NCBI GenBank assembly: GCA_964453625.1
Contig: CAYVSH010000001.1
Span: 6,080-70,079, forward strand
Length of the DNA stretch: 64,000 bases
Source: an uncultured Chitinophaga sp.
GTDB lineage: Bacteria; Bacteroidota; Bacteroidia; Chitinophagales; Chitinophagaceae
Reading direction: 5' to 3'
Part shown: positions 1 through 11,200 of the stretch, piece after piece
Numbering within the stretch: position 1 is the first letter of the stretch
How the letters are laid out: the number at the start of each line of letters is the position of its first letter
The notes under the pieces: model-generated
The model's input: the letters and a program-made list of their open reading frames with translations, nothing else
Database searches by the model: none
Told to the model about the DNA's origin: nothing
Translations under genes and position numbers: made by a program

Positions 1-1990
1 CTGCCTGTAATACATAACTGCTGTTTGGAGTATGCATTTCCGCATACACAGGATTGATCAGTGTAGTGGTTCCTGAAACAACTGCGCTGGCACAAGGGTC
101 ATCGTTCTTTAAGATTTTTACATCCCCGATTACCGAGATACCACTCATTGGATCTGCATCCAAAGCATCAAACTCAGCTTTTGAAAAATACAACCTCACT
201 CTAACAGATGTTGAAGGCTGAAACTCTGGTGTAATTGTGATATTCCTATCAAGATATTTTGCATTTCCCTGCGACCTTATTGAACCTGAATTTTTATAAA
301 AGCAAGATGTTACTGTACCTAATGTATTACCATTCGCATATATCTCAGCAAGTATATTTCCATCCGGCCCGGTTAGCGGCACCCAATACATATTATTTGT
401 TGAGTTGATTGTTACTGTTGAACCAGTAACAGTTGTATTAACGGGCCCATCAGTCACATCTATCGAAACGGGCAACGTACTTTTATTATTGCCTCCATTA
501 TTCTGGTATCCGAGGAAAGTATATTTTAAAATGGTTCCCGGCCTCGATAGTGCTGAAGTACCTCCCCCGGAAGGACCAGATGTTGACCCAATACTATCAG
601 TAATTGTAAAGATTATATTTCCATTCTTTAATGCAAGGTCACGGTAACGGTCTGTACGAAAAAAGTAAGGCACCGAATCATTTATAATTCCATTCCTGGT
701 TGTATTTAATTTATAACGATACAATGTTCCTCTTCGTAGTGTCGGGACCAACAAAGATTGATGCCATCCGGGAATATTAGTGAAACCATAATGATCAATG
801 CTTGATGGTGCTATAGTTGGATACTGCATCCAGTTGGTTCCTGTAGTCAATGTTACATTACAATTACCTGCACCATTACAGGCAGGATACATGGAAAGTA
901 TTGGATCGGTAAAAGTACCAGCAACAAATGCATTCTCCTGTATTACCGTTGCTCCAGTAGGAATAACAACTTCATTATAAGAAGTGCTGCTACAATTCGC
1001 TCCAGATGCAGAGCTCCAGTTAATGTACCTGTAATTCTCAGCCGGATTATTTCTAAAGCCGGCCCAATAAGGCCATGCATAATTGTTTCCGGATGCGATG
1101 ATATTTATTTCATCATCTGTTCTTATGCCATGTTCGCTGCTATAAAAAAAGCCACCGGCCTTTAATGAACGATAAGTTGTTCCATCATTTGGATTCATTT
1201 CAAATACAAGCCCCTGCGGATTTCTGTGTCCAAGAGTAAATATATGACTACGCACCGCCACCTCAGGCCCACCCCCATCCGGATCAAATAATGGATTGTC
1301 TGAAGGAATAGAGCCATTCAAATTAACTCTTAATATCTTCCCTTGATACTTTGCGTAATTAGATGCCCCCAATTCTGCAACCGTTGGTGTTTCTTGTGAT
1401 ATGATAGGATTACAGCGATTAGCAAACTGGTTTGCACCCTGGTCGCCACAGGAATAGTAGAGTTTATCATCTGCACCAAAAAACAAACGACCAGAGCTGT
1501 GGTCGCCGCCTGCAGGAATGCCATTTACCAATTGCAGTTCACTTTCTAACTGTCCTGATGCAAGATTGTAAGTGAATCTGGATATCCGAAGGCTTGTTGA
1601 GTTATATGAGTAAGCGATATAAATATAATCTTCGCTGGTTCCTTGCTTAAAATTTTTATGTAAGGCAAGTCCCATCATTCCATTTTGACCGATGGATGTA
1701 GCCACACCGAATCCATTTCTTGAAATATTCAAAAATATATTTGCCCTGTAATCAAGAATAATCCTGCTGATACCTGTAACTGAAGAAACAATTCTTACCC
1801 TCCCGATCTTTTCAGTAATGTATAATGAATCATCTGGACCGTAAGTTATCTCGTATGGATGAGCAAGGTAATACCTGCTTCCCGCAGGCGTAAGTGTGCG
1901 GTTGATAGAATCAACAGAAAAGACTTCCTGGCTATTCAGTGATTGTGTTGTTACTGAAATATGGAAAATAAGTATAATACTGTACTTCAT
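1..1990 (-). CDS. PQQ-dependent glucose/sorbosone dehydrogenase family secreted protein, 3'-truncated by the window edge (missing from the ORF track)
   Basis: Manual translation from ATG 1990 is open to base 2: MKYSIILIF... signal peptide, then HPYEITYGPDD, GDHSSGRLFFGADDKLYYSCGDQGANQ, GKILRVNLNGSIPSDNP, IFTLGHRNPQGL, SEHGIRTDDEINII, RYRDL. These are typical GSDH beta-propeller motifs. T9SS sorting is inferred from the neighbours only. Confidence 0.85.
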   Translation of the reverse strand, partial: MKYSIILIFHISVTTQSLNSQEVFSVDSINRTLTPAGSRYYLAHPYEITYGPDDSLYITEKIGRVRIVSSVTGISRIILDYRANIFLNISRNGFGVATSIGQNGMMGLALHKNFKQGTSEDYIYIAYSYNSTSLRISRFTYNLASGQLESELQLVNGIPAGGDHSSGRLFFGADDKLYYSCGDQGANQFANRCNPIISQETPTVAELGASNYAKYQGKILRVNLNGSIPSDNPLFDPDGGGPEVAVRSHIFTLGHRNPQGLVFEMNPNDGTTYRSLKAGGFFYSSEHGIRTDDEINIIASGNNYAWPYWAGFRNNPAENYRYINWSSASGANCSSTSYNEVVIPTGATVIQENAFVAGTFTDPILSMYPACNGAGNCNVTLTTGTNWMQYPTIAPSSIDHYGFTNIPGWHQSLLVPTLRRGTLYRYKLNTTRNGIINDSVPYFFRTDRYRDLALKNGNIIFTITDSIGSTSGPSGGGTSALSRPGTILKYTFLGYQNNGGNNKSTLPVSIDVTDGPVNTTVTGSTVTINSTNNMYWVPLTGPDGNILAEIYANGNTLGTVTSCFYKNSGSIRSQGNAKYLDRNITITPEFQPSTSVRVRLYFSKAEFDALDADPMSGISVIGDVKILKNDDPCASAVVSGTTTLINPVYAEMHTPNSSYVLQA

Positions 1991-2134
1991 AGATACCGGA
2001 TTATACAATAAAATTATATATCCCGTCAGGAAAAGCATAAGTAACTTTGCTTCTAATATTTACAACCCCCAGTAACCATGATAAACAGTAAAGGTTCCTG
2101 TTTTTCCCGTAATTTACCGATAGCATAAATACAA

Positions 2135-2160
2135 AAAACCTTCCTTTGCAGGAAAGTTTT
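2135..2160 (-). terminator. Intrinsic terminator after the 2205..5153 gene
   Basis: Imperfect stem AAAACCTTCCT/AGGAAAGTTTT with an A-run on the left (U-tract on the minus strand). Confidence 0.6.
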
Positions 2161-2204
2161 ACAGGCTTTGCCTGCAACAATAACTAGCTACTTATTTTAA
2201 ATAT

Positions 2205-5153
2205 TTATCGTTTCAATATTTTCTCAGCATATCGTTCACGGTTTATCCATACTTCAAGTATATATATACCCTTAGAAAAAGACTCGACATTATTAATAGT
2301 ATAATTGCCAATGCCTTCACTTATATTTAGATCTTCTTTTCGAACAATACGTCCATTCATATCAGCAATTTGAATCCTCATTTTCCCGGCTTCTGAAGCT
2401 AAATATTTAAATGAAACCTGGTTTGTAAAAGGATTTCCCAATAACTCAATCCCATTCTTACTTTCAGTTTTTAAGACAACTATGTCAGAATAATAGTATT
2501 TTTCATCTATATCAATTGCCTTTAACCTATAGTAATATTTAGAAGCTCTTACTCTTCCAATATTATCCCTATAGCTGTATGTTCTTGGAGAAGGAGTATT
2601 AAATGCGGAAATAGAAACTATTTTTTCAAAAGTATTTCCATCCTGGCTTCTCTGCAATTCATAATGAGAAACGTTGAACTCTTCTTCCACATTCCATCTT
2701 AGATCATTCTTATCATCATTATTTTGACCTGTAAACGAAGTGAATTTTACCGGCAATGTAATTGGTGGTGTAAAAAGATCTGACCGAAAAACACCTTTGC
2801 CATGTGTGGCAGCAATTAATTTATTATTAGCATCCAGTTGAAGGTCCATAATAAGTGTTGCATCGGAAAACCCGGTGTTATAATCATACCAATTTACTCC
2901 TCTATCCGGGCTGACATATACACCAAAGTCACATCCAGCATAAATAATTTTAGGATCAACAGGGTCAATAAGTATCGCATTGAAGGGAACATCCGGCAAC
3001 CCTGATCCCCTACTCAACCAAGTAGTGCCTCCATTGGGTGTAAGATAAACATGTGATGTACCAAAACCACCAAGCACCACATAAACACTATCATCATTGT
3101 ATTTGCTTATTGCCATATCCATTACAAACCGATCTGGCAATGTCCCTTTAATACTCGTAAAAGGAGTGCCGCCAGAAGTAGTTCTTAATAAATTAGGTGA
3201 TCCTGTTACATAGATATTATTTATATCATTGTCATATTGCGCAAAAGGCGATGTTGAGATATACACCTTATTCTCATTTGTATGTGAGACTTCTAAAGCA
3301 ACTCCTGTTTTGTGTCTCTGTTCAATAAAATTATTTGGCATCGTTGCAGGGGCTCCGCTTCCAAGTGAATTATTAGTAAAGCTAGCTCCTGCATCTATAC
3401 TCTTATGTAAATTATCTGAAGCCTGGTATACAATATTTCCATTCGAAGGGGCAAATGCGATAGGAGCTACAAATGCTGTTCTTGAGTCTCCGTCAAATCC
3501 CCAATATGAATTGCTTAGTTCAGAACCAGAGGTTCCTCCGTTTGATGAACGTTTTATCGCCCTCGCATCCCGGCATGCCAACATGATATTATCATTTGTG
3601 GGATGTATTGCACAAGCTGTTCCATCACCACCGCTCCAGGTGGGTTGTACCCAGTTTATACCATTATAAATAACCTGGCCATTATCCTGTAGTCCCCCTA
3701 CCATCCTATTAGCATTTGTTTTTGAAACACCCAGAGATGCATAGAATTGAGTGGCGTTTAGTCCATTATTAATAGCAGTAAAAGTAGCTCCCCCATTTGT
3801 GCTTTTATAAACGCCTCCATCATTGCAAACATAAACTGTCCCTCTTCGTGATGGATCAAATTCTATATCATGATGATCTGCATGCAAACCGGATATACTT
3901 GTTCTCGATGTTGTGGAAACCCTGTACCTGTAAATTCCTACTCCCCCAAACATGATCGAATCTGTTGCAAAAGGATTGATCGCCACTGTATGCGCAAACC
4001 AAAACTGGTATGAGCAATGATTGGTAGTAGTACTAGCTGTTGTCCCCCCCACTACACTCCATGTTGATCCAAAATTTGTTGACCTGTAAATTTCCCTGTT
4101 CGAACTGGCAGTACTGGAACTTATTCCAATGCTGGCAATTAACTCACCTGAACCAACATTATCTAATACTATGTAACCATCGAAAGATCCGGGTAAGCCT
4201 GATGAAATCTGACCCCATGTCGGTGAAGCATTATCACCATTAGTAGTCCTGAATATGCCTTTTACAGGGTTAGTCATATTTCCAACACTAATAACTATTT
4301 GATTTGTATTGGATGGATTGATTGCTATATCCCGGACATTGTTACCCGTGTATATTTTAGTCCATGTACTTCCGCTATTTAAAGATCGATACAGGCCATC
4401 AGTTGCACATGCATAAATTGTAGAATTGTCGCCTGGCTTAAATGCTAGTGTCTGGATTGAGAAGAGATCTGATGATGTTTTCGGCATAACCTGTGTCCAG
4501 GTAACTCCACCATCAATACTTTTAATCACTCCAATTCCGTAAGTCCCTCTTGTTTTCCATACATTAAAGCCCATTACATCTACTTCAGTATGATAAACCT
4601 CGCCTGTTCCAGCATAAATTATATTCGAATTAGACGGGTTTATAATTATTGATGATACGCCTAATACAGGCAGGTTTGTTGTTACATTAGTCCAGTTAGA
4701 GCCGGCATCAGTAGATTTCCACATTCCACCTCCTGCAGAACCAACCCATAGATTATTAGAATTATTAGGATCAATTGCCATACAAACTACTCTTCCACCT
4801 ATTCTTGTACCGCTATTTGTAGTACTATAGCCAAGAGATGACCAGTTACTATTGACAGCTTCGATTCTTGTCTGATGGCCAGTTGACCGTGTATTCTTTT
4901 TTATTTCAAGATACTCTTGCCAGGCTGCCTGGTATTTTGCACTTAAATTCTGGGCATTAGGAAATCCCTTTGCCTGAAACCAGCTGCTCAATTGCTGAGC
5001 CGCTCCGCTTTCTTTTTCTCCCTTTCCAGATTTTTCTTTTCTATGAAAGCTTTCTTCCTGCCTGGTATTACTAGAGTGATTTTTCCATGTAATAAAAAAA
5101 TAGCCTGACAATACTATCGCAGTCATGGCGATAAATAAAATTGGTTTTTTCAT
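2205..5153 (-). CDS. T9SS type-A substrate, BNR/Asp-box (VPS10/sortilin-like) beta-propeller, putative glycosyl hydrolase
   Basis: Many Asp-box repeats (WKSTDAGSNW, IKSIDGGVTW, YRSLNSGSTW, YRSTNFGSTW, YKSTNGGATF, YVSPDRGVNW), HADHH motif, LPVKFTSF Ig-like domain and C-terminal GIYILEV CTD. Confidence 0.85.
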   Translation of the reverse strand: MKKPILFIAMTAIVLSGYFFITWKNHSSNTRQEESFHRKEKSGKGEKESGAAQQLSSWFQAKGFPNAQNLSAKYQAAWQEYLEIKKNTRSTGHQTRIEAVNSNWSSLGYSTTNSGTRIGGRVVCMAIDPNNSNNLWVGSAGGGMWKSTDAGSNWTNVTTNLPVLGVSSIIINPSNSNIIYAGTGEVYHTEVDVMGFNVWKTRGTYGIGVIKSIDGGVTWTQVMPKTSSDLFSIQTLAFKPGDNSTIYACATDGLYRSLNSGSTWTKIYTGNNVRDIAINPSNTNQIVISVGNMTNPVKGIFRTTNGDNASPTWGQISSGLPGSFDGYIVLDNVGSGELIASIGISSSTASSNREIYRSTNFGSTWSVVGGTTASTTTNHCSYQFWFAHTVAINPFATDSIMFGGVGIYRYRVSTTSRTSISGLHADHHDIEFDPSRRGTVYVCNDGGVYKSTNGGATFTAINNGLNATQFYASLGVSKTNANRMVGGLQDNGQVIYNGINWVQPTWSGGDGTACAIHPTNDNIMLACRDARAIKRSSNGGTSGSELSNSYWGFDGDSRTAFVAPIAFAPSNGNIVYQASDNLHKSIDAGASFTNNSLGSGAPATMPNNFIEQRHKTGVALEVSHTNENKVYISTSPFAQYDNDINNIYVTGSPNLLRTTSGGTPFTSIKGTLPDRFVMDMAISKYNDDSVYVVLGGFGTSHVYLTPNGGTTWLSRGSGLPDVPFNAILIDPVDPKIIYAGCDFGVYVSPDRGVNWYDYNTGFSDATLIMDLQLDANNKLIAATHGKGVFRSDLFTPPITLPVKFTSFTGQNNDDKNDLRWNVEEEFNVSHYELQRSQDGNTFEKIVSISAFNTPSPRTYSYRDNIGRVRASKYYYRLKAIDIDEKYYYSDIVVLKTESKNGIELLGNPFTNQVSFKYLASEAGKMRIQIADMNGRIVRKEDLNISEGIGNYTINNVESFSKGIYILEVWINRERYAEKILKR

Positions 5154-5224
5154 GATAGATCGGTTATTAAGAATGGATATTGAAAACAGAGATTATAAAC
5201 AATCACTGGCTTGATTTTAAAAAA

Positions 5225-7873
5225 TTATTTTTTTATAAGTAATTTTTGGCGAAGGATTTCATCTTCAATTTTCAATTCTACAATATACATACCGTTTGCC
5301 AGCCAGGCAGGCAGCTGTATCTCTATCACATTATCACCAATATTGATTTTCCTGGCATTAGTCTGTACAACCATACCCTGCATTGTAAGCACATTAATAT
5401 TTGAAGTTCCGGCAGTTCTTGTGTTCAGTAAAACTCTGATATTCTCTTTTGCAGGATTTGGCGCCAGGTTCATTGTAACTGCAAAGTCATTGAATGTAAT
5501 ATTTCTGATTTCACTAAGATGATTATTTCCAGAACTCTCCAGTACCCTGATTCTATAATAAGATTTTCCTTTTAGTGGGGCTTTGTCAATATTAGTATAG
5601 CTTAATGTACCTGTTACGTTCCTTGCAAAGACAGTGTCAATTTTTTCCCATATACGATTATCCCGGCTTCTTTCAATTTCATAACCAAAAGTCCCCTGAT
5701 CTTCGGCAACTGTCCAATCAAGATTCACTTCCTTATTCCTTAAGGTGGCGGAGAAGTTGATCAGGTGGGTAGCCAATGGAAAATTATCTACCAGCACCCT
5801 GTAATCTTCTACCTCACCATTGCTAAAATATCCTGTAGCATGGGCTGCTGTCATTCCCGCTGACTGTGAAGTGATCCTAACCCTCAGATATGTAAAATCT
5901 CCGTTTGTGAAAGTATTAGGAGTACTTGTCCATGCAAGCCAGAATATTTGAGAAGATGCGGAACTTGGAACTGTTATTGGAGTAATTGCTTCACTTGCAT
6001 CAAAAACACCGTTTCCATTATAATCAAGCCAGGCTATCAAAGTAGCATTTGCCCCACTATTATTATATGTTGTACACCTTACAGCATATGTTCCACCTGT
6101 TGGTGATAAAATTTGAGCATACGCTAATCCGTCATCTATATCATCAGTACTTGATGTGCCTCTTTTAAAATATTCATAATCCCATGTTGCCCCTAACCTG
6201 ATATTATCACTACGTTCATGCACTGCTGGACTTTGTGTGGCAGGATTTGAATATGGATCGTAAGAAGCAGGCGCATCACCAAAATCACATTTAGGCCGAA
6301 ATGGGTCAGATGCATCACCAGCTCCACCTGGCCATGCTGTTCCGGATGCAACAGTGATATTTGTTGTTGCACCACAAACTCCTGCTTCATTATAAGCTCC
6401 AACAACCGAGTTACCACCGCTCGATGCTCTGAAATAATATAGCCCACCTGCCCATGTCATTCCAGCCTGACCATTCCATGCAGTTGTTCCGGGGTTAGTA
6501 TATAAAGCATCCAAATTACCAGTCATCATGTTATAATGATGAAATTTACTTTGAGAATAATTTGAACTATTCCTTGCAGTATTAAAATCATAGATCACTC
6601 CATTTTTTATAATAAAATCCCCCCAGTCATGTATAGATGTAGTAGTTCCATTGATTCCGGCATCAGCTGCAAAAACCTGGTAAGCATTGATGGGATTATT
6701 ACTTCCATCAAAATCAACTCTCCAAATAATAGTCTCTCTTGTTCTTAAACTTGAACCTGATCCTTGAGTACCACCTTCGATTCCAATATATAAAGCACCA
6801 TCGTAAAAGGAACAACCAGCAGATTCAACTCCGGAATTAAATGTGGGGACATTAAATGGGGAAGCACTTAAATCTGCAATTATTACCGAGCTAGTTTCTG
6901 TATTATAATCATATCTTTTTATTTGTTTATTATTTGCATCAACAGAAACATTTTCAGAAATATAATAGAGAAACCGGTTATAAGGATCATAACCAAATGA
7001 GTTAACATATGTTCTGGAAGGATCATTAAATAATTCCCTGGCAACAGCTGTTGCAGGATCTACCATATAAACTGAGTTGTTATCCGGAGTAATCAGGAAA
7101 TAATCAGGTTGACTTTGTGTTGGTCCCCAAAAAGGACGGTTATTTGCTCCCTGGTGCCAGTTTGTTGGAAAAGTTCCTGCCACACAGGCATTGATGTCTG
7201 ATAGCCAAAAAACAGGGTCTGATCCGATAGTATTAACTGTAATGGTAATTGAATTGACGAGCCCAGGTACATTAATTGTAGCTGTTCCTCTGTTTTCATT
7301 ATTTGCCAAAGTAGTACTGTTTGCAGTAATCGTTCTTGTTAATGGTACAATTCCAACAGTTAAAATTGTACTTGCGTAAGTTGTTACATTTACTGCTGTG
7401 GCTATATTCAGGTTGTTTGTAGCTGTAATTGTAAAAGCAGCACTTCGATCTATATCATACAAAGTAAAATTCGGACCTGATACCGGACTTGCAAAAGTAA
7501 TTGTTATTGACTGTCCATTCGATGATGGATTATACTGTACATCTTCACCTGTGTATCCTGCAGCAACGTCTCCAGTATGTAAAGCATTTTCAACGCTATT
7601 TCCTGCCCCAGGAGCAATCATGCTTATACTACTTGCAGCAATTGTAAGATGGGTAGTGCCAATTGCAAATTTTTGATTTTGGGCCTGGCTATTGCTTACA
7701 TAATTACTATAAGGAGTATTTCCTGATCCGCTATTCCAATAATAATCAAGATTGTCCCAGTTAGTTTGGGCCTGGGAATATCCACCTGGACATTGTCCTA
7801 CTGCTTCGCTATATATTGCCGGTGCGGCAACAAAGAGTAAAAAGAGTTGCAGTTTTTTATACTGGTTAAACAT
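5225..7873 (-). CDS. T9SS type-A substrate with GEVED domain
   Basis: Signal peptide; CDFGDAP ... WLDYNGNGVFD ... GEVEDY; LAPNPAK...GMYIVEL CTD. Confidence 0.85.
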   Translation of the reverse strand: MFNQYKKLQLFLLFVAAPAIYSEAVGQCPGGYSQAQTNWDNLDYYWNSGSGNTPYSNYVSNSQAQNQKFAIGTTHLTIAASSISMIAPGAGNSVENALHTGDVAAGYTGEDVQYNPSSNGQSITITFASPVSGPNFTLYDIDRSAAFTITATNNLNIATAVNVTTYASTILTVGIVPLTRTITANSTTLANNENRGTATINVPGLVNSITITVNTIGSDPVFWLSDINACVAGTFPTNWHQGANNRPFWGPTQSQPDYFLITPDNNSVYMVDPATAVARELFNDPSRTYVNSFGYDPYNRFLYYISENVSVDANNKQIKRYDYNTETSSVIIADLSASPFNVPTFNSGVESAGCSFYDGALYIGIEGGTQGSGSSLRTRETIIWRVDFDGSNNPINAYQVFAADAGINGTTTSIHDWGDFIIKNGVIYDFNTARNSSNYSQSKFHHYNMMTGNLDALYTNPGTTAWNGQAGMTWAGGLYYFRASSGGNSVVGAYNEAGVCGATTNITVASGTAWPGGAGDASDPFRPKCDFGDAPASYDPYSNPATQSPAVHERSDNIRLGATWDYEYFKRGTSSTDDIDDGLAYAQILSPTGGTYAVRCTTYNNSGANATLIAWLDYNGNGVFDASEAITPITVPSSASSQIFWLAWTSTPNTFTNGDFTYLRVRITSQSAGMTAAHATGYFSNGEVEDYRVLVDNFPLATHLINFSATLRNKEVNLDWTVAEDQGTFGYEIERSRDNRIWEKIDTVFARNVTGTLSYTNIDKAPLKGKSYYRIRVLESSGNNHLSEIRNITFNDFAVTMNLAPNPAKENIRVLLNTRTAGTSNINVLTMQGMVVQTNARKINIGDNVIEIQLPAWLANGMYIVELKIEDEILRQKLLIKK

Positions 7874-8151
7874 TGGATATATTTTGGACTTTCAACAGAT
7901 ATGGATTTTCATCTCACTAACTAATCAGCCCGATTTTATTGTTTAGCTGATTAGTATTAATATTTATAAGATATTTATTGTTTTCCCTAATACATACTAA
8001 ATAAACTACCTATAATTTCTAAGTGCTAAAGTGAGAGTTTATACTTAGTAATTCAATAAAATAGTAAAGATTCCGGGAAAAAAAGGTACAAATACCCTGT
8101 AAGAGGATGCTTCTATTCGTAAGTTTCCGATTCTTTAAGATCGGTTACATG

Positions 8152-8177
8152 AAAAAACCTCCTTATTGAAGGAGGTT
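8152..8177 (-). terminator. Intrinsic terminator after the 8212..12540 gene
   Basis: AACCTCCTT-ATTG-AAGGAGGTT perfect stem with a 5' A-run. Confidence 0.8.
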
Positions 8178-8211
8178 AGATGAATAGAGAAAAATGTATT
8201 AACTCTTGTGA

Positions 8212-11200
8212 CTAATAAAGTAAATTAAATTTGGTTGTAAGTACCCGGCTTCCACTGTCAATACGTAAATAATAAGTTCCTTTGGGTAGTGAAGATATGC
8301 CGGTCAATGAAAGTGTATTATTGCCTCGTTCTATAATTTCATAAAATTTCATTACCGTCTTTCCATGAGCATCATGAATAAATATACTTGTAACTCCAGA
8401 TTTGTCAGAGAACAATACAACTTGCAAACGGTCTTTTACAGGATTTGGGAAAATATTGAGTTCCTGTTTATTTAATTGACTTTTTCTGACCAGCAATACA
8501 TTACTAATACTGGTACGGCCATTTTTCAGCAAGGTTTTCAGCCTGTAATAAATAATATCACTGCTTATTGCAGAAACATTATCAATTACTGAATAATTTT
8601 CAACTTCATTGATTACAGCTCTGCCTGTTATTATTTGTACATCCGAAAAATTGACACCATCCACACTTCTTTCAATTGTAAATTGTTCTGCTTCCTGGCG
8701 GCAAAGTACAGACCAATGAATATTAACAGATTGGTTAAAAATAGCAGCTTTGAAACTTATTATTTCACAATTAAGAACATAAAAAATACAACGCCAGTCC
8801 CTTTCTGTATTACAACCCATGCCTGAAGCAACTCCTGTTCGTTGAACTGTTGTAATAGAACCTGGTGATGGATCTCCTGATGTGGTTCCTCCATTACCCA
8901 TATAAGCAGACGTTCCTTTTACACTTGCATTATCATTATCAAAACGGTCATCAAGTCCATCACCATCTGTATCCACCCCGGTTAATGTTACATTATCATC
9001 CCTAATACCGTTAAAATTCAGATCATTTCCCTCAATAATATCAATAAGTCCATCGCCATCAGTATCCAGGTCGAGATAGTCTGGCGTAGTATCACCATCA
9101 GTATCTACTGGATGGATACCGTCTCCTCCAAACCCAACAAAATTATCATACCTGTTATCAATACCATCTCCGTCTGTATCAAGTCCGGTTGGTAACAGGT
9201 ATCCTGTAGTTGTTAATCCTTCAACATTATCAGGTATGCCGTCTTCATCAGAATCAATATCGTAAGGATTTGTTCTTCCAACTCCATCAGTATTAGGAAG
9301 CGTAAAAGAACCCAATGCAGCCAGCACTGTATTCCGGCCATTTGTATTAACTGCACCATCTACTCTTCCATCCCAGTTTGCATCTGTAAGTTGTGCTTCT
9401 TTAACATCTGTAATTCCGTCACCATCACTGTCCAGATCATAGGGGCTGGGTTTACTATCATTATCCATATTTTTATACGGCCATGAATCAGCTCTCCCAT
9501 CATTATTGATATCTGCTCCCGAACGTAATAAGGCATTGGCTGCATTCTCTGCGATAGCATCATTACCAACATCACCATCCACCTCATCAGCAATACCGTC
9601 TCCATCCGTATCCACATATCCGCTTATTTTAGCACTATTTCCTGAATCAGTACCATAAATTTCTATTATATCGGGAATCCCATCATTATCACTATCCAGG
9701 TCAAGATAATTTGGAATGCCATCACTATCAGTATCTATAGCACCCAGTCCAAGACCTGAAAACCTTAAAAAGTTTCCTCCGGATGTATTACCATCTACAT
9801 TATCCGACAATCCATCATTATCCGCATCAGAAAAATTATCTATTCTTCCATCACCATCGGCATCAACTCCGAAACTTTCAATCGTATCTGTAATTCCATC
9901 GTTATCGCTATCCCGGTCGAGATAATTAGGAATACCATCAAGGTCTTTATCCATATTATCATTTACTCCATCACCGTTACTGTCTACATAACCAGGAAAA
10001 TCAACATCGTAGAAATTGGGAATACCGTCATTATCAACATCAGCTCCCGGATCAAACCAGTCATTAAAACCATCTGCATTATTATCAACCCAAAGAATTG
10101 GTAACCCGGGACTACTATCCGCCCAGTTAGGAATTCCATCACCATCCTGATCTGCAATTGCTGTGGGATTGACCAACTCCAGGTAATCCGGTATACCATC
10201 CCTGTCATCATCAATATCCGGACACCCGGATATATAAATATTTATCTGAATGGTATCATTACATGATCCTGGCCCATCATAAAATCCATATATAACCCTT
10301 GTAAAAGTGATTGGAACAGCGGGGTTATAAACATTTGCAGATATAAAGGGCATAGAAGAATAGAACCGATAACCACCATACATACTTACTGGTATAGTAA
10401 CTGAGTTAGAAGGACAAGTATTGATAAGTATTGTATCACCTGGAGTAGAACAAGTTCCTGTTAATAAATCATTGACCGATGTTGGATTTGTACATCCTGC
10501 AACAAATACACCACTAGAATCAGCAAGGCTGATATTAGAAAGTTTACCTGCATAAGCAATTCTTGCACGGTTAGCAATTGAAGATGCACAGGAATAGACT
10601 ACACAAGACCGGGCAGTAAATACTTCAAATCTAACCTGTCCTGTTCCATTGGCTGCTACTTCCCCGCCAGTTGAACCATTTGCACCGGTTCCTAACCTGA
10701 AAACAACTCTGTTATTAGCAAAATCATACTCAGCTTCATCATCGCCCGGAGAATCCGTTTTGGAGACACCGTTTATCATCAGACTACCGGGTTTATAGGA
10801 TGTATTAAATGGAATATTATCCAGAATAGTAGTAGAAGTGCTGGCGTCATTACCTGTATTATGATAATCTAATTGATACCTGATTACATCACCAGGCGCC
10901 AATGAACCACCATTAATATCTGTTGAGCTTTTCCGCAGATCAAAAGTTGGTGTATACTGGGATATGGAAGTTGTAGCAACCTGTATCATATAATTTTCTG
11001 ACGGAGAACTGAAGCGGATACTTGCAGAAGTTTGGTTATTCCCTAATACAGCGTTTGATGTATTCGGTACAATTAAAATATCAGCGTCATATCCTAAAGT
11101 ATTATTATGTGCCGGATTCCTTGTTGTCACTACAGTTCCATACCTCGAAATGGTACTGTTCCACATGTCATTATTATTCGCTGTTGAGTTCGGAGTTAAG

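Noticed and set aside
405-1524. Short ORFs 405..647+, 798..980+ and 1330..1524-
   Set aside because: They are antisense or out-of-frame shadows of the 1..1990 minus-strand GSDH gene, which the track missed because it has no stop in the window.
8127-8144. CCGAT-N8-ATCGG palindrome upstream of the GEVED gene
   Set aside because: Single short occurrence; similar ATCGG words elsewhere lack consistent spacing, so chance cannot be excluded.
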